A DNA stretch of 60,042 bases from IMG/VR virus record IMGVR_UViG_3300000301_000017, positions 1 through 60,042 of that record, one strand, 5' to 3'. Each line of letters starts with the position of its first letter. Positions within the stretch are counted from its first letter, which is position 1. The notes beneath the pieces were generated by a model that was not told where the DNA came from, did not search any database, and saw only the letters and a program-made list of their open reading frames with translations. The stretch comes from a virus. A program made the position numbers and the translations under genes. Below, in pieces: positions 44,871-53,885 of the stretch.

Positions 44871-45984
44871 CTTTACGCCTCCGAGCTTTCTAAGCGAGGA
44901 CCAGGATGCGATCTACCAGCGCATGCTCGAGATCCTTCCGCCGGATATCGAGTCGGCAAAAGGCGGGTTTGCGTGGGATTACTTTTATCCGGTAGCAGTT
45001 GAGATTGCACGGAATGGCCAGTTTACAATTCCAAACGCGCTGCAGCTCGCGTGGCCGCAGTTTGCGGTTGGAAATTGGCTGGATCTGCACGGTGAAAATC
45101 GCGGCATCGTCCGCCGTTCTCCAACGGCATCCGTTGGAGAGCTGCAGATCACCGGAAAGCCGGGTGCCACGGTCCCAGCGGGAACATTGTTTTCGACTGC
45201 CGGTACAGACGGAGCCGTAAGTGTGGATTTCGCAACGACAGAGGCTGTTGTCATCGGAGAAGATGGAACCGTCATGGTTGAGGCGCAGTGTACGAGCACA
45301 GGGAAAGACGGCAATGTGTCCGCTGGCACAATTACGCTCAAGGGCAGCACGATCAGCGCGGTTACGTCGGTAACAAACCCGGAAGCATTTACAGGCGGAA
45401 CAGAAGCCGAAGACGACGAAAGTCTTCGTGCCCGCATTTTGGACTACGACCGAAATCAGGGTGAAAGCTACGTCGGATCCATGGCGGACTATAGGCGCTG
45501 GGCCCTGTCCGTCGACGGAATTGGTTCAGCGACCGTAATTCCGGCGCAGGACGACACAGGTCTCGTAACGATCGTACTGACGGACCAAAACGGTGCGCCG
45601 GCGAACGATACGCTGTGCGAAGCCGTCTATAACTACATCATGCGGCCGGACGATCCTTATTCTCGGCTGGCTCCCATCAATGCCTATCTTCGCTGTATCC
45701 CGCCGAAGGAGATTGCCGTCACCATTGCGGCGGTCGTAGAGCTTGATGGAGCATCCTTAGAGACGGTCAAGATAGCATTCCAGCAAAGTCTCCTCCCTTA
45801 CTTTGGGGAAGTGCCTGGAGAAGGAGAGATTCGATACACAAAGGTCGCTTCCATATTATCCGAAACAGCTGGCGTCCATGACTTTAAAGACTTGACGATA
45901 AACGGAGGCACAGCCAATATTCCGATTGACGATATGGCGGCGCCGGCCCTTGAAGCCATCAATCTGACGGAGGGGGTGGTGTAG
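44860..45984 (+). CDS. Baseplate J-like protein (XkdT-like)
   Basis: DAIYQRML..LP.D.....G.F.WD...P.A.E... is the typical Baseplate_J N-terminus. Confidence 0.75.
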   Translation: MPYSFTPPSFLSEDQDAIYQRMLEILPPDIESAKGGFAWDYFYPVAVEIARNGQFTIPNALQLAWPQFAVGNWLDLHGENRGIVRRSPTASVGELQITGKPGATVPAGTLFSTAGTDGAVSVDFATTEAVVIGEDGTVMVEAQCTSTGKDGNVSAGTITLKGSTISAVTSVTNPEAFTGGTEAEDDESLRARILDYDRNQGESYVGSMADYRRWALSVDGIGSATVIPAQDDTGLVTIVLTDQNGAPANDTLCEAVYNYIMRPDDPYSRLAPINAYLRCIPPKEIAVTIAAVVELDGASLETVKIAFQQSLLPYFGEVPGEGEIRYTKVASILSETAGVHDFKDLTINGGTANIPIDDMAAPALEAINLTEGVV

Positions 45985-46937
45985 TGTGGACTGAAAAGAT
46001 GGACGAAATCCTGAAAAGCCCCGCTGCGCGCCGGTTTGTACCGCAATTGTCGCCAATTTATGGTGATGCCTACACCGCGCTCTGGCTATTTAACGTGATT
46101 GGTGCCATGCTTGATCGTGTAAACAATGTAACGGACAGCCTGGCGGATCAAGCGCTTCCGCAAACTGTTACATGGGGCATCGCGTATTTTGAGCAGGACT
46201 ATGGCATCATAAGCGACGAAAGCCTTCCACTTGAAACCCGTAGGGCCAATCTGTTGACAAAGATTCGCACGCGTGCGCCACTGAATCCTGCGCGCGTCGA
46301 AAAGATATTGTCGACGCTTATCGGCGCAGATGTAAAACTTACGGAAAACATCAGCAAAAACCGATTTCAAGTTTCCGTGAAGGGAGACTTCGGGAGCGAC
46401 CAGAAACAAGCGCTGCGAGATGCACTGGACCGCATGAAGCCGGCGCATGTTATCTATCTGCTGGTCTATATTATTGAGCTTTTAGTAAGTGAAAAGGAAA
46501 ATCTCAAGTTTGTACCAGTGCGATTTCGTTTTACAGGTGCGGTGAATTCCTGGATGATGGAGCCCGTGCTTTTGAACGGCGAGAAAAATTTGGATGGTAC
46601 GTGGTTCCTTGATCAGCAGATACGCAGGCATTTTATTTTGCGGCGCCTTCGAATTCGAACGCGCCTGCATGAAGAGGCGCACATCTCCATCCGTTGGCCC
46701 ATGCAGCCTATGCGGCTGCAAGAGCGTATAAATAGTCATATGCGGTTTTCAGTCCGCCACGAAGATAAGGTCGAGACGCGATTACAAAATCGTGCCACGA
46801 CCTTTTTTGTACGCGTGGCATGCCCGATCAAGTCATCTGGAAAGCTCATTCGGGATTCCAGGTGGTATTTAGACGGTACGTATAACCTTAACGGCACGCG
46901 CCGTCTCCACGCAGAATTAAAAGAGGAGGTCTTTTAA
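45984..46937 (+). CDS. Tail protein with a DUF2313 (XkdU/YmfQ-like) N-terminus and an Arg-rich C-terminal half
   Basis: LSPIYGDAYTALWLFNVIG...RRANLLTKIRTRAP. Confidence 0.55.
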   Translation: MWTEKMDEILKSPAARRFVPQLSPIYGDAYTALWLFNVIGAMLDRVNNVTDSLADQALPQTVTWGIAYFEQDYGIISDESLPLETRRANLLTKIRTRAPLNPARVEKILSTLIGADVKLTENISKNRFQVSVKGDFGSDQKQALRDALDRMKPAHVIYLLVYIIELLVSEKENLKFVPVRFRFTGAVNSWMMEPVLLNGEKNLDGTWFLDQQIRRHFILRRLRIRTRLHEEAHISIRWPMQPMRLQERINSHMRFSVRHEDKVETRLQNRATTFFVRVACPIKSSGKLIRDSRWYLDGTYNLNGTRRLHAELKEEVF

Positions 46938-47323
46938 TGGCAGCAGACAACAGTGTAATTACCGATGAACTGCGGAAGCGCTTGGCACAATGCGTTGCCG
47001 GCAGCATCAACACAATTTCGAGGGTCAAGTACATCGCCGTCGGCTCCGGCGGCGCGCCCGGCGGGACTCCCACGCCGCCTGCGGGATCCGCAACCGCGCT
47101 CGAGGATGAAAAAGGACGATATGAGGTCGGAAGTGTGGAATTCCCGGTCGATACGACCGCACGTTTTTACATCACCATTCCAGAAGCTGATTTGCCAGGG
47201 GTGTCGTTGAGTGAAATGGCGCTGGTTTCGGAAGACGGGGTATTGTATGGGATTCGACATACAACGCCAAAAGTGAAAGATACTGACGAAGAATTCCAGT
47301 TTGCCTTCGACCTCGAATTTTAA
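46937..47323 (+). CDS. Tail-collar fibre-like protein
   Basis: VKYIAVGSGG...LSEMALVSEDGVL pattern. Confidence 0.45.
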   Translation: MAADNSVITDELRKRLAQCVAGSINTISRVKYIAVGSGGAPGGTPTPPAGSATALEDEKGRYEVGSVEFPVDTTARFYITIPEADLPGVSLSEMALVSEDGVLYGIRHTTPKVKDTDEEFQFAFDLEF

Positions 47324-47341
47324 CGGAAGGGAGGAGAACCA

Positions 47342-47932
47342 ATGCCCGAACGTGAAAATTATCCGATTTCCGAGTCTCCGGTCTACACGGAAGAGGTTCC
47401 ACAGCTGCTCGATGATGATCCGGCGAGCGCGACAAACACGTTTAACCCGCTGTTCCTTATCATTCTCAACAACATCAAAGCCTCTCATCAGCTGGCAGAA
47501 GCCGCCAAGGAGGCCGCAGACAAGGCAGCAGAAAACGGCGGGTATGTCTATCAGGACACTCCACCGGACAACAATGGCGTGTTGTGGTTTGATAGCGCCG
47601 CAAACACCATCAAATACTACGACGCAACTGACGAAACGTGGAAGCCAATTCCTGCAGGAACGGCGTGGCACTTTTCTGAAACTACCCAACAGGCGGGCGG
47701 CGCGGCGCCGGAAGGCGCCCGATCTGGTGATTATGTGCTCGATACTGCCGGTAATATCTTTATGGTTAATTCAGAGCTAAAGCTTGTATCCGCAGCGCAG
47801 GGCGCCTCCTATCTTGTACAGAGCTCGGCACCCGAAAACACCGGAAAGCTTTGGGTGGACACAGGAAACGGAAACGCGCTCAAGTATTATAACGGGAGCG
47901 CCTGGGTGTTAGTGCCGGCTGTATGGGGGTGA
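47342..47932 (+). CDS. Tail fibre protein
   Basis: Repeated LW(F/V)D....N.(I/L)KYY motifs, and position. Confidence 0.45.
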   Translation: MPERENYPISESPVYTEEVPQLLDDDPASATNTFNPLFLIILNNIKASHQLAEAAKEAADKAAENGGYVYQDTPPDNNGVLWFDSAANTIKYYDATDETWKPIPAGTAWHFSETTQQAGGAAPEGARSGDYVLDTAGNIFMVNSELKLVSAAQGASYLVQSSAPENTGKLWVDTGNGNALKYYNGSAWVLVPAVWG

Positions 47933-47938
47933 TAGAGA

Positions 47939-48724
47939 ATGAGTGAAATGACAGCGCCTGAAGCCGTCACGCTAAAGGAAAAGATCAAAAACGAGATGAA
48001 CCGTCGGCAGTATAACGGGTCTATGGTCGCTTATGCCGGCTCCGAGTACGACTTCGCGACGACTCCGACGTCAGGCGCGCCGATGAGCGCCCAGCAGGGA
48101 AACGCCATTATCGAGCCGCTCAACGCGGTCAATCCCATCGATGGCCTGAGCACTGCGCAGAGCGGCGAGCCGATTCCTGCAGCCTTTGACAACAGCAATT
48201 TGACGACCGTCGTCACAAACCTTGCGTCTCTCACGACGGAAGCTTCAAATGCAGGCTGCGCTGCCGCTTGCTCCGGTTTGTGTCAGAATCAGTGCTCGAC
48301 GGGGTGTACGGGGTGTTCTTCGTGTACAAGCTGTACCGGGTGCTCTGGAACATGCTCTGGTGTTTGTAGGAATAGCTGTTCGCGTAATTGCACGGGGGAC
48401 TGTGATGGATGTAGCGGATGTTCTGCTGCGTGCCGAAATAACTGTACAGGGTCTTGTGATGGATGTAGTGGATGCTCAGCTAACTGTAAGAATACCTGTG
48501 ATGTGAGTTGCAAGACTGGATGCTCTTCTTGTAAAAACGGATGCACAGGCTCCTGCAATGGTTGTCAAGGCTGTTCTGGTACGCAAAATACAGTAAGGCC
48601 ATCTACGCCTAGTGGATGTACAGGATGCCAAGGCTCATGCAACGGATACTGCAACGGTACCTGCGTGTCTTCTTGCGGTGCGTGTTCCGGATGTTCTGGT
48701 GCAAGGACAAATGTTGCAATGTAA
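47939..48724 (+). CDS. CXXX-repeat Cys-rich protein, candidate radical-SAM substrate
   Basis: The C-terminal ~150 aa is almost entirely C-x-x-x repeats (CSGLCQNQCSTGCTGCSSCTSCTGCSGTCSGVC...). Confidence 0.75.
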   Translation: MSEMTAPEAVTLKEKIKNEMNRRQYNGSMVAYAGSEYDFATTPTSGAPMSAQQGNAIIEPLNAVNPIDGLSTAQSGEPIPAAFDNSNLTTVVTNLASLTTEASNAGCAAACSGLCQNQCSTGCTGCSSCTSCTGCSGTCSGVCRNSCSRNCTGDCDGCSGCSAACRNNCTGSCDGCSGCSANCKNTCDVSCKTGCSSCKNGCTGSCNGCQGCSGTQNTVRPSTPSGCTGCQGSCNGYCNGTCVSSCGACSGCSGARTNVAM

Positions 48725-48737
48725 CAGGGGGAAAGTT

Positions 48738-49025
48738 ATGACTTATACTTTAGAAAAGACGCTTTACCACGATTTAGAAGCAGCAAACTATGAATACGAG
48801 CGCACAAAAGATCTGCTCGCTTTTATCATCAACAATCGAGCTTATCCTACTGGGAGTCATGAGTTCGATATTTGGGACGACCGGAACCGAAAAGCCTTTG
48901 TAACGTACCAAAAAGAAAAGGCGAAGTTCGAAAAGGAAGTAATCCCAGAAGTCACGGGCGTTACTGGAAATTTCGGATGGAATCTTGAGTTCGATACGGG
49001 GAAATTAGAGGTTTGGAATGCGTAA
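48738..49025 (+). CDS. 95-aa protein between precursor and maturase (CXXX-repeat system-associated, tentative)
   Basis: A GGGGGAAAG RBS precedes it and its stop overlaps the maturase start. Confidence 0.5.
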   Translation: MTYTLEKTLYHDLEAANYEYERTKDLLAFIINNRAYPTGSHEFDIWDDRNRKAFVTYQKEKAKFEKEVIPEVTGVTGNFGWNLEFDTGKLEVWNA

Positions 49026-50328
49026 CAGAATAGAGGAATATCCCGATTATTTGCAGCGCCTTTTTCCGCAAAAATATGTTCCCGGCGAAGACAAAATTCT
49101 TGCGAAGACAATAACCTTTCAAGTCACGGATGGGTGCAATTTGGCTTGCACGTATTGTTATCAAATCAATAAGCATCACAATTTTATGGACTTTGAAACG
49201 GCAAAAGAATTCATCGATATTCTTTTGGCGGATAAAAATCCATATATCAACACGAAGAATTCTCCGGGAATTATTATTGAGTTTATCGGTGGCGAACCCC
49301 TTCTCGCGATTGATTTAATCGACAAAATAACAGATTATTTTGTGACGAAAATGATCGAGCTGGATCATCCATGGGCAACGCGATTCATGCTTTCCATGTG
49401 CTCGAATGGTGTGTTGTATTTTGAGCCGAAGGTACAAGAATATCTGCAAAAGAACCGCTATTGGCTTTCCTTCTCTGTTTCCATTGACGGAAACAAAAAG
49501 CTGCACGACACGTGCCGAGTATTTCCGGACGGATCCGGAAGTTACGATATGGCAATTGCAGCGGCTAAAGACTACATGCAAAAATTTTCTAAAGAATGCG
49601 GCAGCAAAATGACTTTATCGCCGCAAAACGTAGCTTATACCTGTGAAGCTGTAGAAAACCTCATCAATTTAGGATACAAACAAATCTTTTTGAATTGTGC
49701 CTATGAGGAAGGGTGGACATCCGATAACGCCACAACGCTCTACTACCAGTTAAAGAAGTTGTCTGATTACATTCTCGAAAACGACTTAGAGGATGAACTC
49801 TACATTTCAATGTTTGAAAACGACATTGGAGTGCGTATGTTGCCTGAAGATAACGACAACTGGTGTGGTGGGAATGGAAACATGATTGCCGTGGATTACA
49901 AGGGAGATATCTTCCCGTGTTTGCGATTTATGGAGTCGTCCATCGGCGATGACGTGAAACCTCCAATCATCGGAACCGTAAAAGGCGGAATCATGTCGAC
50001 GCCTGAGCAGGTAAAATGCGTGAATTGCTTGAAGTGTGTTACACGCCGAAGCCAAAGTACCGACGAGTGCTTTAATTGTCCAATTGCAAAAGGCTGCGGA
50101 TGGTGTACGGCTTATAATTATCAGACGTTTGGGACGTTCGACAGGCGCGCGACATTTATCTGTAAGATGCATCAAGCGAGGATTTTGGCAAACTGCTATT
50201 TCTGGAATTCTTGCTATTTGAAGCACAAAAACAACAATGCGTTTCGCATGAATGTTCCGGATGAGTGGGCGCTTCAAATCATCGATGAAGACGAATTGAA
50301 CTATCTTAAAAAAATAGCAAGGGAGTAA
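49018..50328 (+). CDS. Radical SAM / SPASM-domain peptide maturase
   Basis: CNLACTYC is the CX3CX2C motif. The C-terminal Cys clusters are CGGNG...FPC and CVNCLKC...CFNCPIAKGCGWC...C. Confidence 0.85.
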   Translation: MRNRIEEYPDYLQRLFPQKYVPGEDKILAKTITFQVTDGCNLACTYCYQINKHHNFMDFETAKEFIDILLADKNPYINTKNSPGIIIEFIGGEPLLAIDLIDKITDYFVTKMIELDHPWATRFMLSMCSNGVLYFEPKVQEYLQKNRYWLSFSVSIDGNKKLHDTCRVFPDGSGSYDMAIAAAKDYMQKFSKECGSKMTLSPQNVAYTCEAVENLINLGYKQIFLNCAYEEGWTSDNATTLYYQLKKLSDYILENDLEDELYISMFENDIGVRMLPEDNDNWCGGNGNMIAVDYKGDIFPCLRFMESSIGDDVKPPIIGTVKGGIMSTPEQVKCVNCLKCVTRRSQSTDECFNCPIAKGCGWCTAYNYQTFGTFDRRATFICKMHQARILANCYFWNSCYLKHKNNNAFRMNVPDEWALQIIDEDELNYLKKIARE

Positions 50329-50648
50329 TGAACGTGGAAAAGAAGTATGTAAAGCTTTCAACAGGCGATGTTATTGAAGCAACACAGATTTCCTTCATGA
50401 TTCAGAAATCTGGCGAAAAAGAAAGCAGCGAGATGCTGCAGATCCAGATCGATACGGACAGCGCCGAAAATAAGACCGCGGAATATGCGAAGAAATTCGC
50501 GGCCGCGGCAATCAACGACGTGAACATCTATTCTGATGAAGATTGCAAAAATTTGATTTTTGCAGGCGGCGCCTATGCAGACGTCTCAAGTGTTTCTGCA
50601 ACGATCCGCGTATCTGGCCTTCTTTATAACATCACTCTCGAGAAGTAA
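50328..50648 (+). CDS. Hypothetical protein
   Basis: The ORF is ATGA-coupled to the maturase. Confidence 0.4.
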   Translation: MNVEKKYVKLSTGDVIEATQISFMIQKSGEKESSEMLQIQIDTDSAENKTAEYAKKFAAAAINDVNIYSDEDCKNLIFAGGAYADVSSVSATIRVSGLLYNITLEK

Positions 50649-50659
50649 GGAGGCGTGCC

Positions 50660-51820
50660 ATGAAAAAGGGCATTGACGTCTCGAATCACAACGGCAAGGT
50701 TGACTGGAAATCCGCCAAAAATGCCGGCCTGCAATTTGCTATGCTGCGTTGCGGGTACGGCTCAGACATTTCCAGCCAGGATGACAGCCAGTTTGCGCGC
50801 AATGTGTCGGAGTGCGAGAAGTACGGAATCCCCTGGGGTGCGTATCTGTACAGCTATGCGCTGACGGCGGACAACGCAAAAAGCGAGCTCTCCCACGCGC
50901 TACGGATGCTCAAAGGCAAGCGGCCAACGTATCCCGTGTTTATTGATATGGAGGACGCAGACGGCTACAAGAGGAAGCACGGCGGCATCCCGTCCAAGGC
51001 GACCAACACCGCGATCATCCAGACCTTTTGCGATGGTATCAAGGCGGCGGGCTTCAAAGCCGGGTACTATGTCAATCGTGACTGGTACTACAACTACATT
51101 GAGCCGGCAAAGCTGACAGGGTATGCATTCTGGTATGCGCGGCCCGGTGTCAGCAAGCCTGATCTCACCTGTGACATCTGGCAGGATAACTTCGACTCGA
51201 CCGGCGGCAGCTGGCCGGGCGCAAACCTGTCAAGCGGCGGCTGCGACACGGACATCGCATACACAGTGTACGGAGAGACGGAGAAGGACACGGAGCCGGG
51301 CCCGGCGCCGAGCGGATCCGCGTTTACGTCCGACACAACGGGCAAGCTGAATTTGACCAAGGGCGGGCGCTATCAGCTCAAAGTCACCTGCGCCGCCGGC
51401 CGGCCGAGCGTTGTCGCGGGCTCTGGTGGCGTGGTAGACATTACGTATACCGCGCGCGAAGGGAACGCATATCTTTATCGCATTACCGGTCTCGGAGACG
51501 TCGGATCGGCGACAGGTATCTACATCAACGGCGGCAAAGTCAGTACGTTTGTGGTGGCAATCGAGTCAGCGTGCAAATCCGATACAACGATGGACATGCA
51601 GCTGAAGGTCGGCACTTGTTACATGATCGGCCTTACCTCGCCGACAAAGCCGTCTGTAACATGCGGGACGGGCGGCATCGCATGTGTGGGCGGTGTCTTC
51701 CAGGATGGCGACGGCAAATGGTTGGCCCCGATTGTAGCGTATGGAAAAGGGAAAACGGGAGTCTATACGCAGATCAGCGGGGAAAGAGCCGTCAAACGAT
51801 TTGTGCTGAAAGGAACATAA
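50660..51820 (+). CDS. Endolysin: GH25 muramidase plus two copies of a beta domain
   Basis: KGIDVSNHNGKVDWKSAK..GLQFAMLRCGYG ... GAYLYSYA, followed by duplicated C-terminal modules. Confidence 0.88.
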   Translation: MKKGIDVSNHNGKVDWKSAKNAGLQFAMLRCGYGSDISSQDDSQFARNVSECEKYGIPWGAYLYSYALTADNAKSELSHALRMLKGKRPTYPVFIDMEDADGYKRKHGGIPSKATNTAIIQTFCDGIKAAGFKAGYYVNRDWYYNYIEPAKLTGYAFWYARPGVSKPDLTCDIWQDNFDSTGGSWPGANLSSGGCDTDIAYTVYGETEKDTEPGPAPSGSAFTSDTTGKLNLTKGGRYQLKVTCAAGRPSVVAGSGGVVDITYTAREGNAYLYRITGLGDVGSATGIYINGGKVSTFVVAIESACKSDTTMDMQLKVGTCYMIGLTSPTKPSVTCGTGGIACVGGVFQDGDGKWLAPIVAYGKGKTGVYTQISGERAVKRFVLKGT

Positions 51821-51823
51821 AGA

Positions 51824-52132
51824 ATGAGCATTGAAGAAATCTCCTCTATTTTGCAGCTTGTGGTTGTTATAGGGACTTTAATTGGATCCGTTTGGCGAGT
51901 GACGAAGCCCCTTCGCTCTATTTCGACGCGCCTTGAAACACTCGAAGAGTTTTGTCACAATGACTATCTCTCTACGCTGCGTCTGACTATTCTAAACGAC
52001 GATGTGCCGATCACTGAGCGTCTGTCTGCCGGCGAGAAGTATGTCAAAGAGGGCGGAAACGGTGCAGTAAAGGTCGTTTACCACATGCTGCAGGAAGAAT
52101 ATGAGCATCAGCAAGAAGGAAAAGAGGCGTAA
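51824..52132 (+). CDS. Single-pass membrane protein in the lysis cassette
   Basis: It has an N-terminal TM helix and sits in the lysis cassette. Confidence 0.4.
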   Translation: MSIEEISSILQLVVVIGTLIGSVWRVTKPLRSISTRLETLEEFCHNDYLSTLRLTILNDDVPITERLSAGEKYVKEGGNGAVKVVYHMLQEEYEHQQEGKEA

Positions 52133-52135
52133 AGT

Positions 52136-52606
52136 ATGGATATTACGGTTGTAGCGATCGTCTTCGGTGTCCTGTTTGGAATTACAGCGGTCGGTTGGCT
52201 GGTATACTACCTCGCCAAGCGCGGTGTCAACATGAAAGGCATCGTGGACAAGGTGCAGGGTGGTATTGACGTGGCAGATACTGTCACGGACGCGCTGGCA
52301 GCTTTCGCGCCAAATGTAGTGACGTCGACGCTGCAGAAGATTGTGGACGCGGCGAAGGTCGCCGTCGACAGCGCCGAGCAGTTATACTTAAATGATAGCA
52401 TCACCGCGGATCAGCGAAAGGCAACCGCCACGGATACGCTCAAGCGCGCACTGGCACTCGACGGCATCGCCTATGAGGGCGACGTGTCCGCGCTGGGCGA
52501 CGCCGCCATGGAGGCGGCCGTCAATGCGCTGCCGAACACGGCCGAGGCGAAGGCCGCAAAGGCAGCAGCCACTGTGCAGCCCGCGGCGGTCGCTGCCAAG
52601 GTGTGA
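52136..52606 (+). CDS. Holin, LL-H-like
   Basis: The N-terminal TM helix is followed by AVDSAEQLY...KRALALDGI. Confidence 0.55.
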   Translation: MDITVVAIVFGVLFGITAVGWLVYYLAKRGVNMKGIVDKVQGGIDVADTVTDALAAFAPNVVTSTLQKIVDAAKVAVDSAEQLYLNDSITADQRKATATDTLKRALALDGIAYEGDVSALGDAAMEAAVNALPNTAEAKAAKAAATVQPAAVAAKV

Positions 52607-52616
52607 GGTGAACGTC

Positions 52617-52781
52617 ATGCAGGCCCTAAAAGTGCATAACGGCATGGTTGGTGAAGGCGTTGGGTTCGAGCGGATCCGCCGCATCACGGGGTATCTCGTG
52701 GGATCCATGGACCGCTGGAATAACGCAAAGCGCGCGGAAGAGCATGACCGCGTAAAGCACGGACTCCCGAAAACAAAGTAA
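52617..52781 (+). CDS. Stand-alone NrdD-type C-terminal glycyl-radical peptide (54 aa)
   Basis: RRITGYLVGSMDRWNNAKRAEEHDRVKH matches the extreme C-terminus of class III ribonucleotide reductases (R..GYLG....R.N.GK..E...RVKH). It has a GAGGTG RBS. Confidence 0.55.
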   Translation: MQALKVHNGMVGEGVGFERIRRITGYLVGSMDRWNNAKRAEEHDRVKHGLPKTK

Positions 52782-52792
52782 ATAGTGCAGCT

Positions 52793-52839
52793 AAAGGCCC
52801 CTGGCTTACCTTTCAAGGTAGGTTAGGGGCCTTTTTGCG
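52793..52839. terminator. Bidirectional terminator between convergent transcription units
   Basis: aaaggcccct pairs with aggggccttt, with T-runs on both strands. Confidence 0.7.
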
Positions 52840-52847
52840 TTTTGTAT

Positions 52848-53531
52848 TTAATAATCTAGGCCATATGCTTCTGGGTGGAGGCGGTTATAATAGATTCCAC
52901 CAAGTGAAACATTCAATGAAAACCACCAGTCAGGCTGGTCTTCAAATATCCAATCAGTTACTACGCTCAAGTCAACGCCAAGGGTTTCAGCGGCCTTTTT
53001 AACGGCATTATTAGCTTCAGTCTTACTCTTTGCGTTTTGCAGTTCATCGAGGTTTCCTGCTCGTCTGCAAACTTCTTCAATCACGATACTGTCAGGATAC
53101 TCAGGCTTTTCATGGGTGAGGTAATACGCTATCTCCTGAGTGCTCATTCCGTTAAGCACAGTTTGCGTAATCGGATGCCAATAATGCTTCTTTAGAATGT
53201 ACTTGTTTTTTGGACATCCGTTTTCATCGAATCGTTCTGGTTGTGATTTGCGAGCATCGAGTGAATCATTTAGCTCAAGCCATCTGTCAAGAATTTTGCT
53301 TTCTTTTCCTTGGTTGATTTTATCAAGCTCTGCGTTCACTTTATTTTCTAGGTCTTCAATCTGGGATTCGTCAGCATAGTAATTCCAACCTTCGTCTCGT
53401 TCAAACAAGCATCCGTACGCTTCCTTGATAGGGTCGCTCCATTTTGGTTCAACGTAGTAATATTGTAAGTCACCACACTGACCAATCGTTAGTTCTACGC
53501 GAATGTGCGTCCCTTTGATTTTGATGATCAT
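52848..53531 (-). CDS. Hypothetical 227-aa protein with its own promoter
   Basis: The ORF has a GGGAGG RBS and a promoter at 53618..53646. Confidence 0.5.
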   Translation of the reverse strand: MIIKIKGTHIRVELTIGQCGDLQYYYVEPKWSDPIKEAYGCLFERDEGWNYYADESQIEDLENKVNAELDKINQGKESKILDRWLELNDSLDARKSQPERFDENGCPKNKYILKKHYWHPITQTVLNGMSTQEIAYYLTHEKPEYPDSIVIEEVCRRAGNLDELQNAKSKTEANNAVKKAAETLGVDLSVVTDWIFEDQPDWWFSLNVSLGGIYYNRLHPEAYGLDY

Positions 53532-53617
53532 TTTTTACCTCCCTATTACTCAAACGTATTGTACTGAGTTAAGACACTATTTTAATGTTCCCCCTTTATG
53601 AGTAGCTCTATAACTAC

Positions 53618-53646
53618 ATTATACAGTAGACATATCCCTACGCCAA
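53618..53646 (-). promoter_or_regulatory. Sigma-70 promoter (minus strand)
   Basis: TTGGCG, a 17-nt spacer and TATAAT on the reverse complement. Confidence 0.55.
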
Positions 53647-53651
53647 TAGGA

Positions 53652-53879
53652 TTATTCAATATTTTCTTCTTTTATTTCATGGCATTGATTCTTATATAGC
53701 TCAATATCAATATTGTGCTTTTTGGTGTATGAATTCATTAATTCTCGCAATGTTTCGTTTAACCCTTTCCCATCCATTTTACAAGCTTCTTTAAAAGCGT
53801 TATATTCCCAATCATAAGCAGTAAAAGCTCTACTCTTAAATCCGGCTTTCTTTCTCCACTTTTTTTGCCGATCGTACAT
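53652..53879 (-). CDS. 75-aa hypothetical protein, last gene of the island operon
   Basis: The ORF lies 6 nt after the methyltransferase stop. Confidence 0.45.
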   Translation of the reverse strand: MYDRQKKWRKKAGFKSRAFTAYDWEYNAFKEACKMDGKGLNETLRELMNSYTKKHNIDIELYKNQCHEIKEENIE

Positions 53880-53885
53880 TGGTTG

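Noticed and set aside
48290-48560. Periodic DNA repeats that could be mistaken for a CRISPR array or a non-coding tandem repeat
   Set aside because: The periodicity is in-frame codon repetition (TGT/TGC every fourth codon) inside the CXXX-repeat ORF. There is no spacer/repeat structure and there are no cas genes.
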